DNA from: Rubrobacter sp.
GTDB lineage: Bacteria > Actinomycetota > Rubrobacteria > Rubrobacterales > Rubrobacteraceae
NCBI GenBank assembly: GCA_016781725.1
Contig: JADDPU010000279.1
Span: forward strand, 10,236-50,667
DNA: 40,432 nt
Direction: 5' to 3'
The notes under the pieces are model-generated. The model was given only the letters and a program-made list of their open reading frames with translations. It made no database searches and was not told where the DNA came from. A program made the position numbers and the translations under genes. This document shows, piece after piece, positions 33,791 to 40,432 of this stretch (position 1 is the stretch's first letter; each line of letters begins with the position of its first letter).

Positions 33791-34918
33791 TTACCTGAAG
33801 ACTCCCCTGAGACGGTCGAAGAAGGAGCCCCCACCGCCGTTGTAGGTCTCCTCGCCGCTCACCGCCTCGAACCTCTCCAACAAGTCTCGCTGCTCGCCCG
33901 TGAGGCGGGTCGGGACCATCACGTCCACGACCACCTTGAGGTCCCCACGCCCACGCCGCCTAATGCGCGGCATCCCCTCGCCCTCGAGCGTGAGCGTAGT
34001 CCCCGGCTGTGTCCCCGGCTCGATCCTCACCGGCGTGGGCCCGTCGAGGGTGGGCACCTCGACCTCCGTCCCCAGCGCCGCCCCGACGAAGCTGACCTTC
34101 ATGCGGTGGATCAAGTCTTCCCCGTCGCGCATGAGCTCGGGATCTTCCTTGACCCTCACCCTGACGTACAGGTCACCCGCCGGCGCGCCGGGGTCCCCGG
34201 CGTGACCGGCGCCCGAGATCCTGAGCCGCATACCGTCCTCGATGCCCTCGGGCACGCGCAGCCTCCGGGTCTGCACCTCGGAGACCTTCCCGCTCCCGCG
34301 GCAGTTGTCGCAGTAGACGTCGATGATCCTGCCCTGCCCACCGCACGTGGAGCACACCTGGGTGGTCACCATCTGGCCGAGGATGCTCTCGCGCACAGTC
34401 CTCACCATCCCGGCGCCCCCGCAGGTGCCGCAGACATGGGATTCAGTACCGCCGACCCCTTCGCACACCCCGCAATTGCCGACGATCTGAACGTTGATCT
34501 CACGGTCGACCCCGTAGGCGGCCTCCCGCAACGAGACCTCCACCTCGACCTCGGCGTCGCTCCCGCGGCTCGGGGTCTGGGCGGAGGAGGCGCCGAAGAA
34601 AGATCCGCCGCCGAAGCGGTCGCCGAAGAAGGCGTCGAAGATGTCCTGGAACCCGCCGAAGGGGTCGCCGCCCGGATAACCGCCGGCGCCGCGCGGCACC
34701 TGGTGACCATACGTATCGTAGGCGCGGCGGGCGTCCGGGTTCGAGAGGACCTCGTAAGCCTCTGTAAGCTCCTTGAAGCGTTCCTCGGCGTCGGGGTCGC
34801 CTGGGTTGGCATCGGGGTGGTGGGAGCGGGCGAGGCGGCGGTAAGACTTCTTGATCTCCGCCTCAGACGCCTCCCGGGACACGCCCAGAACCTCGTAGTA
34901 ATCGCGCTTGGTCGCCAA
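33791..34918 (-). CDS. dnaJ: chaperone DnaJ
   Basis: J-domain with HPD, G/F-rich region, four CxxCxGxG repeats, C-terminal domain. Confidence 0.97.
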   Translation of the reverse strand: MATKRDYYEVLGVSREASEAEIKKSYRRLARSHHPDANPGDPDAEERFKELTEAYEVLSNPDARRAYDTYGHQVPRGAGGYPGGDPFGGFQDIFDAFFGDRFGGGSFFGASSAQTPSRGSDAEVEVEVSLREAAYGVDREINVQIVGNCGVCEGVGGTESHVCGTCGGAGMVRTVRESILGQMVTTQVCSTCGGQGRIIDVYCDNCRGSGKVSEVQTRRLRVPEGIEDGMRLRISGAGHAGDPGAPAGDLYVRVRVKEDPELMRDGEDLIHRMKVSFVGAALGTEVEVPTLDGPTPVRIEPGTQPGTTLTLEGEGMPRIRRRGRGDLKVVVDVMVPTRLTGEQRDLLERFEAVSGEETYNGGGGSFFDRLRGVFR

Positions 34919-35947
34919 CTAGAACCGGGCGTCCAGGGTGTTGGTGAGGGCCTCGGCGGCGGAGCGCACGGTGGTTATGGCAGCGTCGTAGTCCATGCGC
35001 TTGGGCCCGATCAGGCTGACCACCCCGTAGGGCCGCTCGCGGTGGCTGTAGGCCGAGGCGACGAGGCTCGTGCCGGTCAGGTTCAAAAAGCCGCTCTCCG
35101 CGCCGATCGAGACCACGACGCCGCTGCGCGACACCGAGCGCTGCAGGGCGTCGCTCATCAGGCGCAGGAGCCACCGCCGGCGCTCGAAGATCTCGATCAC
35201 CGCCGAGAGGCTGCCAGGGTCGAGGTCGTCCAGCCGGCCAAGGAGGGCCGAGACGCCCTGGATGAAGACGCCGCGCTCCGTCGCCCGCCCGAGCACGCCG
35301 ACGGCCTCCAGGACCACGCCTACCGTCCTCGGGTCGTGGTCGGAGAGGACCTTGCGCGCCGCGAGCCCGAGCTCCAGCTCTCGCCCCAGCGGACGGCCGC
35401 ACAGCCACGAGTTCAGGGCTGCGAAGATACCGCGAAGCTCCTCGTCCTCCACGGGGGTGGGGAGCGAGATCGCTGCACTCGCCGAAGCTCCGCTCTGCAT
35501 GGAGACCACAACCAGGAGCCTGCTCTCTCCCATCGGCAGGTAGTCCACGCGGGCTAGCGAGTCGCCGAGCGCGCTGGGACCCGCGACCACGGCCAGCAGG
35601 CGGGTCACCTCGCTCATCCCCTCCGAGACGCCCCGCAGGAGCTCGTCCACGTTACCGTAGCCCTCCGGGGTCTCGAAAGGCGTCTCCTCGCCGGAGCCCT
35701 CCTCCATCACTGCGTCCACGTAATAGCGGTAGCCGCGGTCGGTCGGCACGCGGCCGGCCGAGGTGTGCGGGTGATCCAGGAGCCCTACCGACTCCAGATG
35801 CGAGAGCTCCGCGCGGATAGTGGAGCTGCTCGCGTCCAGCTCGTCGGCCAGGGCATGGCTACCCACGGGGGCGCCGGTCGAGATGTACATCTCGAGCGTC
35901 CTTAGCAGTATCTCGCGCTGCCTGTCGGTAAGATCGAGGTTCGTCAT
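34919..35947 (-). CDS. hrcA: heat-inducible transcription repressor HrcA
   Basis: RQREIL...YI.TG.PVGS, S.STIR, HPHTSAGRVPTDRGYRYYVD, IGPKRMDY. Start is ATG 35947 or ATG 35956. Confidence 0.95.
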   Translation of the reverse strand: MTNLDLTDRQREILLRTLEMYISTGAPVGSHALADELDASSSTIRAELSHLESVGLLDHPHTSAGRVPTDRGYRYYVDAVMEEGSGEETPFETPEGYGNVDELLRGVSEGMSEVTRLLAVVAGPSALGDSLARVDYLPMGESRLLVVVSMQSGASASAAISLPTPVEDEELRGIFAALNSWLCGRPLGRELELGLAARKVLSDHDPRTVGVVLEAVGVLGRATERGVFIQGVSALLGRLDDLDPGSLSAVIEIFERRRWLLRLMSDALQRSVSRSGVVVSIGAESGFLNLTGTSLVASAYSHRERPYGVVSLIGPKRMDYDAAITTVRSAAEALTNTLDARF

Positions 35948-35957
35948 AGCGACCATG

Positions 35958-35966
35958 ATTTTAGCA
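35958..35966 (-). promoter_or_regulatory. extended -10 promoter for hrcA-dnaJ
   Basis: TGcTAAAAT 10 nt upstream of ATG 35947, with no SD. Confidence 0.5.
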
Positions 35967-36002
35967 TGGGTGAGGGCGCCTCAAATCCATGGCGAGGGGC
36001 TC

Positions 36003-37781
<1,779 letters not shown>

Positions 37782-37787
37782 CGGCAG

Positions 37788-37796
37788 ATTTTACCA
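37788..37796 (-). promoter_or_regulatory. extended -10 promoter giving a probably leaderless lepA mRNA
   Basis: TGgTAAAAT followed by exactly 6 nt and the GTG start, with no SD. Confidence 0.6.
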
Positions 37797-37799
37797 TGA

Positions 37800-37828
37800 T
37801 TGCCCCTTTGCTCCGCCTGTGTTACATT
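37800..37828 (+). promoter_or_regulatory. sigma-A promoter for rpsT
   Basis: TTGCCC-N17-TACATT with a TG extension, back to back with the lepA promoter. Confidence 0.6.
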
Positions 37829-37864
37829 CTCTCGGTTAGCCCAGTATCAAATCGGAGGAGCAGC

Positions 37865-38125
37865 GTGCCCGCACCATCCAAGCGTGATAAGCAGAGCGCC
37901 AAGCGCGGCGCCCAGAACAAGAGCGTCAGAAGCCGTCTTCGCAACCTCTCGAAGAACTTCTACCGGGCGGTAGAGGCAGGGGACGCGGAGAGGGCCCGCG
38001 AGATCCGGGACGAGTCCCAGAAGGTCTTCAATCAGGCAGCCACCAAGGGCGTCATCCACCCCAACAAGGCGGCCCGCAAGGTCAGCCGCCTCGACAAAGC
38101 CCTCGCCTCGAACCGGAGCGAGTAG
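37865..38125 (+). CDS. rpsT: 30S ribosomal protein S20
   Basis: GTG 37865 after SD GGAGGAG. Basic 86-aa protein with N...RS.LR and the AATKGVIHPNKAARKVSRL signature. Divergent from lepA. Confidence 0.93.
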   Translation: MPAPSKRDKQSAKRGAQNKSVRSRLRNLSKNFYRAVEAGDAERAREIRDESQKVFNQAATKGVIHPNKAARKVSRLDKALASNRSE

Positions 38126-38132
38126 ACTCGCT

Positions 38133-38811
38133 ATCCCCGCACTCCGGGAGGTAGTCCCCTGGGGGCGCTCCGCGGACGAGTACGTCAGGATGTTCGTCCT
38201 GAAGCCCGAGGATCTCGCCGGCAAGGTTCTCGACTGCGCCGCCGGCCCCGCCAGCTTTAACGCCGAGGCTACCGCGGCAGGACATGAGGTCGTGTCCTGC
38301 GACCCACTCTACGACTTCACAGCCGAGGAGATACGCTCCCGCATCGAGGCAACCCACGAAACCGTCGTCTCGAACGCGCGGGCGGCAAGGGACGAGTTCG
38401 TGTGGCGGGAGATCGAATCACCCGAACATCTCGGTGAGGTGCGGCTGGCGGCCATGCGCCGCTTCCTCGACGACTTCCCGCAGGGGCTGAGAGAGAAACG
38501 CTACCTCGCCCGAGCACTCCCAAAACCTCGGCTTTCCGGAGGGCGCCTTCGACCTCGCCCGCTGCTCCCACTTCCTGTTCACCTACTCCGGGCTATTCTC
38601 CATGGACTTTCACCTCGCCTCTATAGAGGAGATGTGCCGGGTCGCGGCCGAAGCGCGGGTGTTTCCGCTGCTCCAGGGTTACGGAAGGAGGTCGCCGCAC
38701 CTGCAACCGGTGGTAGGCAGGCTAAGGGAGCTTGGCTACCACGTCGAGGTCATAAGGGTGTCCTATGAGTTGCAGCGCGGCGGAGACGAGATGCTCGCGG
38801 TTGCTAGGTAG
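38133..38811 (+). pseudogene. class I SAM-dependent methyltransferase, frameshifted
   Basis: First frame: (I)PALREVVPWGRSADEYVRMF...VLDCAAGPASF...SCDPLY...RYL..ALP. It continues in the +1 frame as NLGFPEGAFDLARCSHFLFTYS...FH..SI.EMCRVA.E.RVFPL...YELQRGGDEML. One extra A lies in the run at 38522-38525. Could be a sequencing error. Confidence 0.75.
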
Positions 38812-38819
38812 CCCTGGGG

Positions 38820-39740
38820 TTACCCCGAGAGCTTGAGAACGGTAAGCTCGACCTGAAGCTCGTCACCGAGGTCTTTCCCGCCCTTGAGCCCGCTCTCCAG
38901 GTCCAGGACGAGCGCCAGGGCCCGCTCCAGGGCCTCATCATCCAGCGTGCGGCCCTGCTCCTCCAGCTTGCGGGCGACGAACGGCGGGACCTTCAGCTCT
39001 TTTGCGACCTCGCTCCGCGAAGCCCCCCTCTCCAAGAGCGCCCGGGCCCTGGCTACGAGTTGGAACTGGCGGCGGACCATGAACGTCAGGCGCAGCGGGG
39101 GCTCGCCGGTAGCGATCAGGTCCTCGAGCAGCCTGATCGCCCTGCCCCGCTGCCCGGCCGCCAGCGAGTCCACGAACGCGAAGATGTTGGACTGCACGTC
39201 GGGCGGACACAGGAGCGCCACGTCCTCGTGGGTCGCCGAGCCCTCCCCGACGTAGAGCGCCAGCTTCTCCGTCTCCCGGATGAGGCGCATCTTGTCGCCG
39301 GAGCAGCGGGTGGTCAGATCCTCCGCGACGCTCTCGGGCAGCTGTAGCCCGAGCTTGCCTGCATGCTCGGCCACCCATTTGACCAGGGCCCTGCCCGTCG
39401 GCTGCTCGAAGGTGTGGACCTCGCCGGACTTCTTCACAGCCGCCAGCATCCGCTCGCGCGATCCGAGCTTCTTGCCCATCAGGACCAGGTCGGACCCCGG
39501 TGAAGGGTCTTGCAAATACTCCACCACCACGGCCTTCTGGGCCGCGTTCCAGGCGTCCAGGTTCCTGACGACGACGAACGGCCCGTCCCCGAAGAGAGAG
39601 AACGAGTTGCACGCCGAAACTACCGCCTCGGGGCCGGTAGCGGCGGCATCGTACGCCTCTACCGCCCGTCCGCGGCGCAGCTTCTCGACCCCGCGCGCCT
39701 TGCGCTCCTCGTCGTCTCCCAAGAGCAGGTAAACCGTCAC
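38820..39740 (-). CDS. holA: DNA polymerase III delta subunit
   Basis: VYLL.G, SLFG, E.EKL.LY, NIF.FVD, V.PF, D..LK.G. Lies between comEC and rpsT. Confidence 0.92.
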   Translation of the reverse strand: MTVYLLLGDDEERKARGVEKLRRGRAVEAYDAAATGPEAVVSACNSFSLFGDGPFVVVRNLDAWNAAQKAVVVEYLQDPSPGSDLVLMGKKLGSRERMLAAVKKSGEVHTFEQPTGRALVKWVAEHAGKLGLQLPESVAEDLTTRCSGDKMRLIRETEKLALYVGEGSATHEDVALLCPPDVQSNIFAFVDSLAAGQRGRAIRLLEDLIATGEPPLRLTFMVRRQFQLVARARALLERGASRSEVAKELKVPPFVARKLEEQGRTLDDEALERALALVLDLESGLKGGKDLGDELQVELTVLKLSG

Positions 39741-39746
39741 ACGAGT

Positions 39747-39752
39747 ATTCTA
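39747..39752 (-). promoter_or_regulatory. -10 hexamer giving a probably leaderless holA mRNA
   Basis: TAGAAT, which includes the comEC stop codon, lies exactly 6 nt before GTG 39740. Confidence 0.5.
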
Positions 39753-40430
39753 AACGCTCCCGGCCCCGACGAGCACCAGCCAAAGCACCGTCCACAGAAG
39801 GAGCAGTGCTGCCCACAAGGGGCGCCAGTCCTCAGGGAACAGCTTCTCCGCGATGACGGCGGGGGCGCAGCCGGTGTAGAAGAGCCCGACCAGGGACGGG
39901 CTGACCTCGGGCGTGGTCACGGTGGCGAACGGGGGTGACGAAGCGAAGCGGGCTACCGCTTCGAGGATCGTGACGAGAAAGCCGTTGCAGGCGTTCAGCG
40001 GGTAAGCGAGGGCGGGGGCGACGTTGCCGGCGAGCGAGCCGAGGAGCCCGAGCGTCAGGATCGGGCCGGAGAGCGGCACGGCTACCAGGTTAGTCAGCAC
40101 CCCGATCACGGAGACCTCGTCGAAGGTCGCGGCCACGATGGGAGAGGTCGAGATCTGGGCCGCCAGGGAGACCGAGATCAGGTCGGTCAACCCTCGGGGC
40201 GGCTTCTTTACCGGCCTGAGCAACGTCTTCTCCACGAGGGATTGCAGGGGTTTTCTGAGGAGCAGGATGCCGAAGACGGCGGCGACGGAGAGCTGGAACC
40301 CGGTGCTGTAGACGAGCTGCGGGTTGTAGGCGAGGACGGCGGCGAGCATCGTGCTCATGAAGTGCAGGGGCGAGACCTGGCGTCCGAAGAGTTGGGCCGC
40401 GAGCACGAAGGTCGCAACGACCCCGGCCCG
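39750..40430 (-). CDS. comEC: ComEC/Rec2 competence membrane protein (5' part outside the window)
   Basis: RAGVV, NP.L....GFQLS..AV.GIL, SLAAQ..T.P....F..VS.IG.LTNLVAVP. Lies upstream of holA. Confidence 0.88.
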   Translation of the reverse strand, partial: RAGVVATFVLAAQLFGRQVSPLHFMSTMLAAVLAYNPQLVYSTGFQLSVAAVFGILLLRKPLQSLVEKTLLRPVKKPPRGLTDLISVSLAAQISTSPIVAATFDEVSVIGVLTNLVAVPLSGPILTLGLLGSLAGNVAPALAYPLNACNGFLVTILEAVARFASSPPFATVTTPEVSPSLVGLFYTGCAPAVIAEKLFPEDWRPLWAALLLLWTVLWLVLVGAGSV

Positions 40431-40432
40431 GA

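Noticed and set aside
35961-35987. Possible CIRCE element upstream of hrcA (TTAGCA at 35961)
   Set aside because: Only 6 nt of one arm match and the second arm is absent. The sequence is better explained as an extended -10 promoter.
38519-38525. C CCA AAA slippery heptamer as a programmed -1 frameshift in the methyltransferase
   Set aside because: The downstream half is in the +1 frame, so a -1 slip would not restore the protein.

Overview
A high-GC bacterial chromosomal core region. Protein similarity as I recall it and the gene order point to a deep-branching actinobacterium, probably Rubrobacter; this is an inference and no search was run. Almost all genes are on the minus strand. Left half (1-18.0 kb): a division/cell-wall (dcw) cluster, mraZ-rsmH-ftsL-ftsI-murF-mraY-murD-ftsW-murG-murC-ftsQ-ftsA-ftsZ-pgeF-yggS-sepF-proC-yggT-divIVA. 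It lacks murE/murB/ddl and has three MraZ-box repeats upstream. Middle: tRNA-Asn and tRNA-Ile2(CAU), dnaG, and a divergently placed ppc. Right half: a Firmicutes-like block, comEC-holA-(rpsT)-lepA-hrcA-dnaJ-rsmE-HIT-yqeY-phoH-HDIG-ybeY-dgkA-cdd-era-deoC-recO-dgt. The most striking feature is a 380-aa LAGLIDADG intein inserted inside the C-x-x-C of the DnaG primase zinc finger. The intein Cys1 and the extein Cys+1 each take the position of the fourth zinc ligand, which makes it a candidate zinc/redox-gated splicing switch on primase. Second, several core genes (mraZ, ftsQ, ybeY, phoH, rsmE) appear to need non-canonical start codons (CTG, ACG, ATA/GTC). Other observations: an NrdR-box-like pair upstream of the dcw cluster, two operator-like palindromes between dnaG and ppc, a structured 114-nt element or small ORF upstream of phoH, a GNAT remnant, a frameshifted methyltransferase, and leaderless-type promoters. 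No CRISPR array, rRNA, integrase or transposase was seen.
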